A stretch of 64,000 nucleotides of DNA from Gekko japonicus (lineage: Eukaryota): positions 512,313-576,312 of the forward strand of contig NW_015165243.1 of the NCBI RefSeq assembly GCF_001447785.1, read 5' to 3'. Under the pieces are notes generated by a model. That model was not told the DNA's origin and did no database searches. It saw only the letters and a list, made by a program, of their open reading frames with translations. The first letter of the stretch is position 1, and each line of letters starts with the position of its first letter. The translations under genes were made by a program, and so were the position numbers. Below, one piece after another: positions 34,079 through 46,730 of this stretch.

Positions 34079-34239
34079 TAGGATATTCTATACGTTTAAA
34101 ACCTGAAATAATATTTCTGAATTATTGGCTGGATCCATCTATACCCCAAGTTAATATCAACTCTTTTAGTGGCTGTCAAAACCACCATTGTTTCTAAATG
34201 GCATGAAAACTCAGGTCCTCCTATCACACTTTAGTACAA

Positions 34240-34635
34240 TAAAATTTGGGAGCAGTATATAATGGAAAAAATAACTCACCAACTTAATCAATCAGAAACC
34301 TACCCCAGACATTCTAATTTTGTAGAAAAATGGTTTCCCATACTAGAATTCATGGCAAACCATAACATTATACTCAAAAGATCAAAATAATTCAACATAA
34401 ACTTATAATTGTGTTATTTTGCATTTTCTTATTCCTATAAACTGTTATGGATTTATTTTGGCTGCATGAATGAATGAATATATTTTGATATGTTTTACTC
34501 TGTATTTTATGTATCATATTCCGCTTGTTTATTAGATAATCTTGGTAGACTGTATTGTTGTTTGATTCATGTTTATTGTACTTTGTTGATTATTTATTAG
34601 AAAACCTTTAATAAAATATTTTTTTTAAAAAAAAT
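34240..34635 (+). mobile_element. L1-like 3' end
   Basis: ORF2-end-like FVEKWFPILEF, T-rich 3' UTR, AATAAA and an A-tract. Confidence 0.5.
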
Positions 34636-34639
34636 AAAT

Positions 34640-35526
34640 CAAAATTCTAACCAGGTGGTACATGACACCTCAGAGACTGTCTCACATAACATCTAACTAT
34701 TCGCCAGACTGCTGGAAGGGTTGCAAAAAAATAGGGACCTTTGCGCATTGCTTTTGGGAATGTGAAAAAATTAGTTCATTCTGGAATGATGTACTGCGAC
34801 ATATCCACAATATCTTGGGTATACTTACTCCAAAGTCACCTGAGACCTTGTTTTTAAATCTTTGGTCAAAGGAAATAGCACATCATCACTACAGAGACAT
34901 GCTGGACACAATGCTGTATGCGGCTAGGCTATCTATAGCATCTTGCTGGAAAGATATCTCCCCCCCTAACATTCAAACTTGGTACAAGAAGCTGTGGAAT
35001 CAGTTCATTATGGAAAGCATCACTGATAAAGTTAATAGAAATAAAAGGAACGTCGTACATTTGTGGGTTCGAAGCTAAATGGATGCCAATTTTAGAAGCT
35101 CTATCAGGCAAAAAAATTATCTCAGCATCCTGGGATAACTATGTTAAATGGTTGTGAGGATTTTTTATGGTTCAAATAAAGTATAGTAAGTAGGCTTTGG
35201 TAAAACTTGATTTGTGGGTAGTACTTTGTATTTAATAGGATTAGATATATCATTGAATGTCTACAGATATTCTTGAGGGCAGAAGACACTTGGTTGTATC
35301 TAAAGCAACAAACAGTACAGGCATCAATTACAAATTGAGGCTAAAATAAGTTACTTTGTTCAAAGATTTATTGAAGAATGTATCATTCTTTAAAGCTTAC
35401 TTTTTTGTAATTAGTGTGTTGGTTTGAATGTATAACTGTTCTTATGACCTTTATGTATATTTTTATTGTTATATTTGTTTTATTGTTTTAATCCTACCAA
35501 TAAAATGTTAATGAGGAAAAAAAAAA
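34640..35526 (+). mobile_element. L1-clade LINE 3' fragment (ORF2 cysteine-rich domain, 3' UTR and poly(A))
   Basis: WYMTPQRL...CWKGCKKIGTFAHCFWEC...FW is the zinc-knuckle region. AATAAA at about 35499 and an A10 run at 35517-35526. Confidence 0.85.
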
Positions 35527-35550
35527 GAGGGTAGAGGTTCTTAGCCCAGT

Positions 35551-35746
35551 TGGGCTGCCAGCTCTGGGTTGAGAAATTCCTGGAGATTTGAGGGTGGAGC
35601 CCAGAGAAGGAACTCAGGGGAGTATATTATCATAGACTCCACCCTCCAAAGCAGCTATTTTTTTCCAGGGGAACTGATCTCTGCAGTCAGGAGATCAGTT
35701 GTTATTCTGGGAGTTCTTCAGGCCTTACCTGGAGGTAGGCAATCCT
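35551..35746. mobile_element. Older hAT-type MITE
   Basis: Decayed (T)AGGGTTGCCA / GGCAACCCT ends (tgggctgccag...ggcaatcct). The body is shared with 36133-36372. Confidence 0.6.
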
Positions 35747-35933
35747 GGCCCCCAGTGTGTGCTTCTAGGCTGGCAGCACCAGTTGCCCAAGGTGACATAG
35801 TAAGAGGGAGAGAAGGAAGGTAAAGAAATAAAAATGAGTTGAATGACAAAAACAAATGAGCTTCAATAAGAAAAAAATAAAAGGAATAATATTTTTAAAA
35901 CACAAAAATAAGAAATTTGAATAAGGACCTCAA

Positions 35934-36050
35934 TTTATTTATTTATTTTTATTTTATTTATTTGAAGATTTTTACCCCGCCCTCCCCGCAAGCGGGCTCA
36001 GGGCGGCTTACAAAGGGGCATAGCCCATACATAAAACCAGTAAAACTTTT
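35934..36050 (-). mobile_element. L2 3' tail
   Basis: (TTTA)n plus ccccgccctccccgcaagcgggctcagggcggcttacaa. Confidence 0.75.
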
Positions 36051-36132
36051 AAAAATAATCAAACATTACAATTAGCAATACATTGTGACTGTTGGGGTTA
36101 ATACAATTTCTGGCAAATGATGAGTTTGAACT

Positions 36133-36372
36133 AGGGTTGTCAGGTCCCTCCTGGCCACTGGCAGGGGGTGGGGGGTAGGGTTGCCAGATCCAGGTTGGGA
36201 AACTCCTGGAGGTTTGGTCTTGAGCATGGGGAGGACAGAAACCTCTGCGATGTACAATGCCAGAGAGGCCACAATCCAAAACATCCATTTTCTCCAACTG
36301 ATCTCTGTAGTCTGAATATGAGCTGTAATTCCAGAGGATCCCCAGGTCCTATCTGGAGGCTAGCATTCCCAG
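36133..36372. mobile_element. hAT-type MITE with a double left end
   Basis: tagggttgtcagg followed by tagggttgccagatccaggttgggaaactcctggag. Confidence 0.6.
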
Positions 36373-36689
36373 GTTCAACTGTATAACATTTTGTGATCAG
36401 GCAAATAACAAAGCTGAATTAATTCAAACTGTTTAAAACTGTGATTGATCTTTGATGTTTTACAGCTGAAACTTGAAAACTGAAGCAGTTTTCTGCTTGA
36501 AAACTGCTTAACTTGAAAACTGAAGCAGATGTTGGTCTAGCTGGAAGTTGGACAATAAAGCGATATATACTTTTGTTTCCCATTATTTTTAGCAATTTTA
36601 AGAATTTCATTAGTCACCCATTGAAGCTTTTCATTTCTTTTGTCTACAGGAAAAATCATTGTACATTCTTCCTTGATAATATCTTTGGT

Positions 36690-37100
36690 TTCAACCTATA
36701 GGTCTTATGGTTCACATTCACTTGAATCTGCTCTTTACACGGTCTTTAAACTCTTTGGGAATGTTGTTGATAGTATTTTGACATTATGAATGTTTTGGTG
36801 TTTATCTTCAGCTTTATTCTAATTTTTTCATATTAACAATTCTTGGTCTGTATCACAAGTAGCTCCTGGTCTTGTTTTATCAAAGAGAATAGAGCTTATC
36901 CATCTTCTGATTCCAATTATGTAACCTCTTTGAATTCTGTATTGGCCAACCAGTGATGTCCATGTATACAATTGTCTGTTTGGTTGCCTGAAACATGTGG
37001 TTGTAATGAGCAACTTGTTTTCTTCACAGAATTCTATGAGTCACTCTCCTGCTTCGCTTCATGCTCCTACCCCAAATTTTCCAACATATGGCTATGCCAA
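36690..37100 (-). mobile_element. RTE (BovB-like) LINE endonuclease fragment
   Basis: FRQPNRQLYTWTSLVGQYRIQRGYIIGIRRWISSILFDKTRPGATCDTDQELL resembles RTE LYTWTSPDGQYRNQIDYI...KTRPGADCGSDHELL. Confidence 0.85.
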
Positions 37101-37220
37101 TCTACAACACACTAACCAGTAGACAGATAATGCATTCTAGGATGGAAATGGCTTGCAATTCCATTTCTTAGTCATTAATGAGAGAGTAATAGCAACATTA
37201 TTTTAATATGAAAATATTAA

Positions 37221-37493
37221 AGCCAGTTTGGTGTAGTGGTTAAGTGTGTGGACTCTAATCTGGGAGAACCGGGTTTGATTCCCCACTCCTCCATTTGCAT
37301 CTGCTGGATGACCTTGGGTAAGCCATAGTTCTGTCAGAGCTGTTCTTGAAAGAGCAGTTCTCGAAAGAGCTCTCTCAGGCCCACCTACCTCACAGGGTGT
37401 TTGTTGTGGAGAGGGGAAGGGAAAGGAGTTTGTAAACCACTCTGAGACTCCGAGTGAAGGGCAGGGTATAAATCCAATCTCTTCTCTTCTTCT
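37221..37493 (+). mobile_element. Squam3-type SINE
   Basis: Same head, body and tail as 32341-32633. Confidence 0.9.
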
Positions 37494-39436
37494 AAAGGCT
37501 TGAGCAGAAATGTGATTATTATTCAATACAGTCACTATAGGAACAACTTTGTTTTTAGGCTAAGAAAAATCCATCATAATCTCACTCAAAAGGAATAGTT
37601 TTCACTGTAAATTTCTATGTGAGTTACATGGCAGATGCTTCCAGAGTCCTTCTAGAATAACATGTAAAGGGCAAGTTTATAATTCTACACTAAGCCACAG
37701 TGTAGTTGCAAGTATAGTTCTCAAAGGTGAGCACGAGTGGAAAAAAAATCCCTGGAAAATGACTAATTATCTAAACCAATAGTTTAATCAGGTTAAGAGA
37801 GGAGCTTTTCACTTAAAAACCAAGACCTTCTGGTTGCTCTGGAATTCAGTAGACAAACATTCAAGGATATTGTTCACCTGTGAACATTTTTGAAACTGTG
37901 GTTTTTGAGTTTTGCATAAGGCTTCTTTCACAACGAGAAAGTGCTACCAAAACAAAAACAAATCTAGTGTAATGACACAGGGAAGCCGTGTGCTTCATTT
38001 TCAGCACATATAATTGGCTTTGACAGCATACCAGTAATTTAGTGCACTAAAATCAACACTGCATACTTCAAGCGTCTGGTTATATAAAGGACAAACTTGC
38101 ACCTATATCTGGATTTTTACAATGGAAGCATTTTCAAGAACTTTAAGTGGCCTAATTAAAAAGGAGAGGAAATTACTTTGGTGTCTTCTTCAAACAATTC
38201 CGCTGCATTCATAGTGCAGAACAAGTTTATTTTCAGAAGAGCAGCAGCTTTATTGTAATACATTCTGGAAATTTTAAAGTAGAACAGTTCATAGATCAAA
38301 ATTTAATTTACCAGATAATTAAGTAAGAACAGGTTTGAAAACATTCAGCTCATTTTGACATTTGCTTATCATACCTCTTTAATGTAAACAATGAACAATC
38401 TGTTATAAGATTGTTCCAAAACATTTAATTGAAACATTTCACAAAGTTTTATTTATCTACCTACACTATCAATATGGGGGTTCCCATGGTAACTTAGTAG
38501 ATGAATTTGCCCTGTATGTTGTGGTCAACATGGGAGACTTAATTATGCTGCAATACCAGATAATAAAAAGATTCTGCATATTTACAAAACTTACACAAAA
38601 CAGCTTTCCAAATAATCTGTGAAAGATGGAAATATGAAAATAGGCTATAACTTGATTAAACTACTGTCCATACAATTAAAAAATAGCCTTGAAATTCCAG
38701 TTATTTACTACAACTGTTTCTGTGACCTTACTATGTAAAGTTGTTGTGCAGAGTTGTCCTCACCTTGTGGCTTATATCTGCATTTAATAAACACTGACTC
38801 AAACTGAAATATAAGAAGTAGTTCTGAAGTATGAGTAGTAGTTTATACATTGCATTTGAAAATTATAAAAAGCTACAAGGTGCTCAAGGAGAACAAAATC
38901 CCATTCATTGTTGTGTTTGATTTCAATGTTTCCAACATTCCTTACTTCTGGCATCCTAGGCAATGCCTAGTAAACTTATTTACTGCTCAAGGCTTCTACT
39001 GTGGATCTTTCTCCAGAGACAAAATAAAGAGAACCTCAGCTAGTGATACAGAAGGAATCTGTCAGCATCTGCTCATTAGTGAGATACTTTATTGTCTGGA
39101 GTAATAAAAGTGGGTATTATAAAGCTGGTATCAAATGCTTCCTTTTAAATACTTCCCATTATCTACACAACAACTGTGATTTAAGGGCACACATTTTATT
39201 AGTTTGAGCTTCATTGGAAAAATTAAAACAAGTATCTGCCTGACCTTTTCCTGCAATATTTTCAATTTTCATATAGAACAAGTACTGACAATTATTCAGT
39301 CACATTTTGTAATTGAGGGATAGAAAAGTAATTCCTACTTCTGTTGGTTCAGTTCAATCCAGATGGGTTCTTCTGGGACATATGAATCACCCAATATTGA
39401 ACATGTTCAATACTCAATCCAAAATTGAGACGGGAA

Positions 39437-39559
39437 CTAGATGTCTGTTTCCCCCTATGGGGCAACTCACCGGGCCAGGGACCCAATATTATGTATTGGT
39501 TGGAGAGGGTGGGTGGAGAACAAAACCAATATGCACAATCTGTTTTATATATTAGGTTA
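39437..39559 (-). mobile_element. Possible mini-Helitron
   Basis: The minus strand starts cctaatatataaaa and ends with a roughly 20-nt GC hairpin about 10 nt before CTAG|T. No TSD. Confidence 0.45.
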
Positions 39560-39949
39560 TATATTATATATATTAGCTCGGTCCACCCTCCCACCCTTCT
39601 GTAGTGCACCAGCACTACATTGCTAGGGTTCCTGTGGCTCTTTTCTCCAGCCAGCCAATTTTAGGGTCTTCAGTCTGGCCTGCCTGCCTAGCACATATAT
39701 GGCTCACATTTTGACTAGCAATAAGCAACTAAGAGGCAGAATATAAGTAATAGAATGCGAGCCCCAACCCCCGCCAAGCCTGCGCTGGTGGGGGGGCTGC
39801 TTTGCCTCCGTGAGAGGCATGAAGAGTAAGGAACCAACAGGGGGCAGAGCCAGCCTGCCTAGGCTTGGCTCCTGCCCCCTGCCTTACAGTCAGTCAGTAG
39901 AGCTCGGCCCACCCTCCAACCCTATTTTAGTGCAGGTCTGACCGGTTGC

Positions 39950-40522
39950 CTTTTTATGGAGCCAGGTAAAAAAATTTCACCTTCATCGGTTTGGCCTATG
40001 TATGGAGGTGTTTTTCCCTACCTTGCACTGATGATGGTGGTGTTGGTTTATTGGCTTTGGGGGGGGGCGGGTTCTTAAATAGTATGGTTACTTTAGTGTT
40101 TGGCGGGGTAGCGCGATCAGGATGGAAATGGTAAGCACCGGGGCATTGTTATAAAGGAAATAAAGGGTCCTCCAGGAACAGCTTTCGGGCCTTTGCGGCT
40201 CAAGACCAGGAAGGGTGATCTTCCTTGGAACCATCTGGCTCGGCCTACCTTAGCGGGCGTTTGCGGCTTCTGGGGTAGTGGGTCAGGGGTTCTCTTGAAC
40301 ATGCCACGCTGCTGGTCGAAAGCTACCTTTGGAGACTTGAGATCAGAGCAGGTGCATTGCCCAGAAGGAAATGAAGGTGGTCAGGAGTTTGACACCTGTC
40401 ATATTCCTCAGTACATTTCTGGTAACCCCTCGCTAGTATTCGTTGTTATTAAATAATTAATAAAGTGGCCTTTGTTAAATCCATATTGGTGTCTGTCTCT
40501 GTATTCCAACTGGGGGGGGGGG
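39950..40522 (+). mobile_element. Unclassified terminal-repeat-like sequence (LTR or Ngaro/DIRS type)
   Basis: CpG-containing island ending in aataaagtggcctt...gtgtctgtctctg...(G)n. Boundaries uncertain. Confidence 0.35.
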
Positions 40523-40572
40523 CAAAGGTTCATCAAGCCTTACACTAAAGACACTCAGAAAAAAGACACATT

Positions 40573-41243
40573 GGGTGCGTTCAGACGGGGCGTTTCAGCC
40601 GGCATAAACTGTACCGGTTTGAACCGGTGCAGTTTATGCCGGCTGAAACACGATCACACTCACCTCCTGTCTGCGGAGCCCATCGTTGTATTCCCGTCCA
40701 CATGCAGCGGGCATCGGCATTTAAAAAAAACACTTCAGTTTGAGCATGCGCATAGGCAGCCATCCACAGAATGGCGATCTTTGCGCATGCGCAAAAAAAC
40801 CCCGTCTGACATTTCAACTTTAAAGGTAAGGACTTACCTTTAAAGTTTAAAGAGCAAAGTAGCCTCCCTGAGGTCCCGGACTCCTCTGAAACGCTAAACT
40901 AAGGCCCTTTTCTTTTTTAAAAAAAAACAAACGCCAGGGCGAAGCTTCGCCCAAGCGCATATCGCCAACCTTTTAAAAAAATGGCGGGCGAAAATCAGAA
41001 GCCTTGGGCTTCCGAATGGAAGTGGCGCTGCAGCGTTGGAGAGAGATCAGACGGGGGGTAAAGCGATTACAACCGTTGTACTCAGGATACCACCACTTGG
41101 GGACCTAGTGGCAGAATATAACGGTGTAAAGCTCTTTGCAACGGTTAGGGATGGAAGGCAGATGTTCTACGTGTGAACGCCGGTAAGTACACCGATTGCA
41201 ACCGGCATCTATTCCGTTGCAAATGCCCCGTCTGAACGCGCCC
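40573..41243. mobile_element. PIF/Harbinger MITE (671 bp, young)
   Basis: TIRs gggtgcgttcagacggggcgttt / aaatgccccgtctgaacgcgccc. 3-bp TSD ATT at 40570-40572 and 41244-41246. Confidence 0.88.
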
Positions 41244-41459
41244 ATTGTGATACATTTGGAATCCTTCACTGGTCTTGGTATAAAAACCTGTCATACATAC
41301 CAGAGTGGAAAAGACTGCAGAGAAAGTCACAGTACTGGGATACAACACAGGTTTAGCATGCATTTGATCCCCAATTTAACCTCTGTATAGGTTAAATTGT
41401 CAGTCCTGACAGAAGTCGCAAGCAAAACTGACAATTTGCACTCTCATACCAAATCATTA

Positions 41460-41796
41460 AAGGTTTCCCTTGCTTGAAAGCCAGTCGAATCCATGTCTAG
41501 GGGGCAGTGCTCATCTCCATTTCCAAGTCAAAGAGCCAGCGTTATCCAAAGATTACTCTGTGGTCATGTGGCCGGCATGACTAAATGCTGAGGCACACAG
41601 AATGCTGTTACCTTTACACTGAAGAGGTACCTATTTATCTACTTGCAATTTCTTGCTTTCGAACTGCTAGGTCGGCAAGAGCTGGGGCCAGAGATAGGTG
41701 CTTACTCCATCATGTGGCGCTCAGGTCTTGAACTGGCAAGCTACCAACCTTCCGGTCTGCAACTCAGTGTCTTAACCTCTGAGCCACCATGGCCCC
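41460..41796 (-). mobile_element. Sauria SINE (older)
   Basis: Reverse complement of the Sauria structure. TSD aaatcatta at 41451-41459 and 41797-41805. Confidence 0.9.
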
Positions 41797-42281
41797 AAAT
41801 CATTAGCGACAAGCTATTTATGATGAGTTGGTACCTCAGAGTCGAATCATTTTGCTCTGCATTTTCCCTTGTACTCATCCGTCTGCAACATGTAGCCAGC
41901 CTCCTCAGCCTTCTAGAGAGAGAGAGAGACCCCAAAATAACCTCTGCATCTCCACAAGCAGTGCCCTCGTAAAGCCAGGCTTGGCTTAAACAGTGGCTTT
42001 TGCTGGGAGGCTAGGAGAACCACATCTTGGCTGAGAAAACACAGAGGCCAAGTGAAGACTTTCCAGGCTGGCTGCACTGTCAAACAGCTTCTATGCAAGC
42101 AATCCCCCCCCCCAATCTACCCTGTCAGCTCAGTCCAAAAAGGACTAGAATGGGCAAGTCTCTGCCCTTGCCTCAGGCATCTTCTCCTGACCAAATGGCT
42201 AGTCTTTTGTCTGTCAATTGTACAGGCAGGCAGGGACAAAGAGCCTCTGGTCTGTGCTATTGTCATGAGTGAAGTACGTTG

Positions 42282-42668
42282 CATAAGAACATAAGAACTA
42301 CGGAGATGCCAATGTTGGATCAGGCCAATGGCCCATCCAGTCCAACACTCTGTATCACACAGTGGCCAGAAATACCAGTGCCATCAGGAGGTCCACCAGT
42401 GGGGCCACAACATTAGAAGCCCTCCCATGGTTGACTCCCCCAAGCACCAAGATGACAGAGCATCACTTGCCTCAGAGTCCCTATCTATACCTTGTGGCTA
42501 ATAGCCACTGATGGACCTCTGCTCCATATGCTTATCTAATTCCCTTTTGAAGCCGTCCATGCTTGTAGCCGCCACCACTTCCTGTGACAGTGAATTCCGA
42601 GTGTTAATCACTCTTTGGGTGAAGAAGTACTTCCTTTTATCCGTTCTAACCCGACTGCTCAGCAATTC
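42282..42668 (-). mobile_element. CR1 3' fragment
   Basis: Tail (TAAGAACA)n on the + strand, with the frame RVRTDKRKYFFTQRVIN...QRSISGY. Confidence 0.93.
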
Positions 42669-44440
42669 AGGACTGGAATACCTCACACATACATGCATTC
42701 CTAATGGCTACATTATGCAATCAGTCAAGAAAGCACAGAGCCTCTCTCCCCACGCACAGAAAGCACAGAGCCTCTCTCCCCAGAGCCTCTCTCCTCTCTA
42801 TGCCATTTATTAAGGAAATTCTGGCTGCCTTGTAAAAGGCAGAGACTGCATTAACACAAGAAACTGGAACAAAATGAAAGAAAATCATGGGAGGGTGTTC
42901 TTGTTACAGGCTGTTTAGATAGGGAATTTGTTTTCTTTTCATATTAATTATGATAATTTCAAAAAAATTACACTTCCATTATTATAATTAATAATGAAAA
43001 AGACACACAAGACTACTAAGCAGTTTACCAACTGGCTTTAGGATTACATTGTAAAGCTGCTAAAGGTAGGTTGTTTGTGCTTTGAAGTTTTTAAAAAGGA
43101 AATGTTATAATGTTATCGTTGTAAAATATTATTAGCTTTGGGGGCTATTGTAGGTTGGAAAAGTGGTATCTTAATAAAAATAAAGAAATAAACCCAATCA
43201 TTGTATGAATTTTTAAGGTGAGTGAGGGATATGTAAGTATTCCTTTACTGAATATGAAAAATAATAAACTGTTTTTACACTAAACAGAAATATTTAGTTT
43301 ATAAGCTATATTTATACTTAAAATGACTAAGATCTATGCTTCCATTAAATTTAGATGATGTACTGCTCTTTTAGGCATGCTGAATTTCTGTCTAAATTAT
43401 TGCCTCTGACATTGTAATGTATATGATCTTGGGTGTTTAAATTTATAACTTAAGTATGATATTACACAAGCTACAAGTCAAAACCAACAGCAAAGAAATG
43501 AACTTCTTGTAGCTTTCTACATTAGGCTGTGATGTGCTGAAATGCTAACATCTTATTAAAATGAGATTATTGATGCAGAGTTGAAATGTGACTTGATTTG
43601 CAGATGCCCTACTGACTAACCCTTTGGAACTGTGTCTCAGTGTAAACCTGTGGTGATTATTGCTGGATAAGGAGAGCTTGCTATTGAACTATTTCTTTTG
43701 ATGCATGTTGAATGGGATTGCCCCCAAGAAATTACAGGAGTCCCACACATGTGAGTTATTACATGAACACTGAGAGAGGAGTGAAGAAAATTGTATCTCA
43801 TGAAAAATTCCTGGGGTTTTGTTATAGGGTTTTTCTGGGGAAATGCAATTCTTAAAGTATCCATTCATAGAAATGTTTTAAAACTCTTTCCATGAATGAT
43901 ATAGCTCCACAACCCCTACTTGAAACTGAAAGTTTTGTGTACATACACAAAATGTGAAAAATTACTTTCTTCAGAGGGTAAAAAAAGCAATGGACATCAT
44001 AACATTTCCACTCTAAAACAACATTTACATACCCTATATGCATTCAAAATTTCCTACAGTCAGTTCCCCAGATGAGGGAACCTTCTTAAGCAATCAATTC
44101 ATATGAAATGTTAGAATAGTAAGGATACACAGACATGTTCTTAATGTTTTTCCCTCCAGGTTCTCGTACTCCTGAGATTTATCAAAGCCAAGGCATTTCT
44201 TTGGAGTCCAGTGAGGAAGATTGGTTCAGAACAGGAATCAGGGCTTGATGGACCCAGATGTAAGAACTCCACAGCCCATGGATGAAAGAGACTACTGCCC
44301 TAGGAGCTGTCCATGGTCTGGGAAATCCTGCCTCTGGCAAAAACTCTATCACTGTTCCTTCCTGTATTCTGCTATCTGACCTCACTGTTGACTACCAACT
44401 ACCATCCAGTACAAGCTGTGGTCACCCAAATATGCTCTAA

Positions 44441-45072
44441 TGTGACAAATGGGCAAAGTTCTCCCCCCCCTTTTAATCCTCTTTAGTCCTATTTGGTTTG
44501 TGAGCAGAGCAGCTAACAGCCAAGCAGGATATATGGAAGGGCTGGAGAAACCAGACGGGAGAGGAGAAGTGAGAGAAAAATGGAGACCCTCTCAGTTTTT
44601 AGTTAGGTGGGGCTTGTATCTCCAGAGTGATAGGTTGGAGAGGTCCTGTCTAGGAAACTTCAAAAGTTCCAGAGTCTGCCTTTTGAGCAAGAACAGGCAA
44701 AAAGAGTAAAGGGGTAGAGAGAGGATCTTACATCCAGAGGAGCAGGCTGAAAGAAAATCTTTGGTAGGAGACTGTGGTGTCTTAGAGTCTCGTGTTTGGG
44801 GAAAACTTGGATGCTAACTGCTCTCTGCACTCCTAAATATTCAAGTGAAACTTTATAAGTGAATAGGCCTGTGTTTCACCTGTAAATAGTTTCTCTCTTT
44901 TTTTTCTGAGCCACCTTATTCATCTATCCCTGGGAGTAAATAAAATTTATTCTTCTTTTATTGTTTCTATTTCTTGGGAGTTGGCCTTATTACATTCAGA
45001 AGCCATTTGAGTTATGTCTATCAGGTAGAGGGCTATGGATAGACAGCACAATGGGTCAAGTCTCACATCACA
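44441..45072 (+). mobile_element. Probable solo LTR (632 bp)
   Basis: TGTGA...TCACA termini. Flanks ctaa / ctac. AATAAA at about 44939. Confidence 0.6.
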
Positions 45073-45282
45073 CTACCTCTGCTTCACACTACCTCTACTT
45101 TGCCTAGGTTCTGTGGATACAAACAGACTCAAAATAATCTTGACTAGCTGGGAAACTATGGTCAAAATTTAACCTGTGTTCAAGCTTCCACTTGAACATT
45201 TTAACAGAGCTTTGCTTCTCAAGATCACTACGGAAATAATTAATATGTTTGTAAACAGCTTATTAAAATATTTCTTGACTCA

Positions 45283-46730
45283 ATCCAGATGTCTACGGAG
45301 GTCGTCAGTAAGGGCAACCAGCACTGTCTCCGTCCCATGCCCCAGGCGAAAGCCAGACTGGAATGAATCAAGGACGGAAGCGTCATCTAGAAATCCCTGT
45401 AACTGCGTCGCCACCGCCCTCTCAATCAGTTTGCCCAAATAGGGCAAATTGGACACCGGTCGATAGCTGGCCAATTCAGTCAGGTCCAGAGTTGGCTTTT
45501 TCAGGAGAGGGCGGACCATCGCTTCCTTGAGTGCCTCGGGGAACTGCCCCTCTGAAAGGGACTTGTTGATAATCTCCCTCAAGGTACCTCGAAACCCCTC
45601 GTGACCCGCTTTAATGAGCCAGGAGGGGCACGGATCAAGGCTGCAAGTGGTTGGATGCACAGATACAAGCACTCTATCAACTTCCTCCAGGCTGAACCGG
45701 TCAAAGCCCTCCAAACCCAGTGAAACCGTGCAAGGGGCCTCAAGTTCACTTACTGTATCGACTGTGGTGGGGAGGTCACGGCAGAGCGACAAGACTTTAT
45801 CCGCGAAATAGCTCGCAAAAGCCTCACAGCCAATATCCAATTCCCTACTGTTTTGTCTGCCCTGTGGCAGAGCTGTCAATGATCGAATCGTCCTAAATAA
45901 TTGGGCCGGGCGTGAGCTAGCAGCCGCAACCCTAGCTGCGTAGTAATCTCTCTTCGCAGACTTGACTGCCATCCCATAGGATCTCATAAACGTCCTATAA
46001 GATGTTCTTGTGGCCTCATCGTGAGCTCAGCGCCACCGTCTCTCCAACCGTCTGAGCTCCTGTTTCATAAGCCGCAACCCCTGGGTATACCAGGGGGCCA
46101 GCTTAGAGCGAGGGCGCAGAGGGCGCCGGGGACTGATCACGTCAATGGCTGTAGAAAGTCGGCTATGCCAGTCATCCATGAGCTCATCCAACGAGCCATC
46201 AGGGGGCATCAGATCCCGCAGAGCCATCTGAAGCCGCATAGGGTCCATTAGGCTCCGTGGGCGAGCTAAAATCCGCTCGCCACCTAAACGGGGTTCAGGC
46301 AGGACATTTGCACGAGCCTTCAGGGCATAGTGGTCCGACCATGGTACTGCTTTCGCAGTAATCTGGTCCACCGTAATCCCCACCGTGAAGATTAAATCGA
46401 GCGTGTGCCCAGCCTGGTGCGTGGGGGTCGATACCCATTGGGAGAGTCCTAGCGATGCCATGGACGCCACTAGGTTCGTAGCCCAACTAGAGGTCGCATC
46501 ATCGGCATGGACATTGAAGTCACCCAAGACTAAAACTCTAGGGTGCTCCAGCGCCCAGACCGCTACGGCCTCCAGTAGGGACGGCAGACTACTGGCCGGT
46601 GCGTTAGGCGGACGGTACACCAGCCAGATTGCCAAACTCTCCTCGGCCTTCAGCACCAGACCAACACACTCTAAGGCCGCAATCTCCACCGTAGGGAGCG
46701 CCCTGAAGGAGTAAGCCTCTAAAATCAATA
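45283..46730 (-). mobile_element. L2 ORF2 internal fragment (APE endonuclease C-terminal half to RT N-terminus)
   Basis: Motifs VYRPP, LGDFNVH, TH.AGHTLDL, SDH, TCSLDPCP, YRPVSNLP, QSGFR.GHGTET. ORFs 46027..46728 and 45280..45987 share a frame and are separated by one TGA, probably CGA>TGA. Confidence 0.95.

Noticed and set aside
42727-42800. Short tandem duplication (cagagcctctctcc units); similar small ones at about 10911-10960 and 45068-45100
   Set aside because: Ordinary slippage duplications with no spacers or coding signal.
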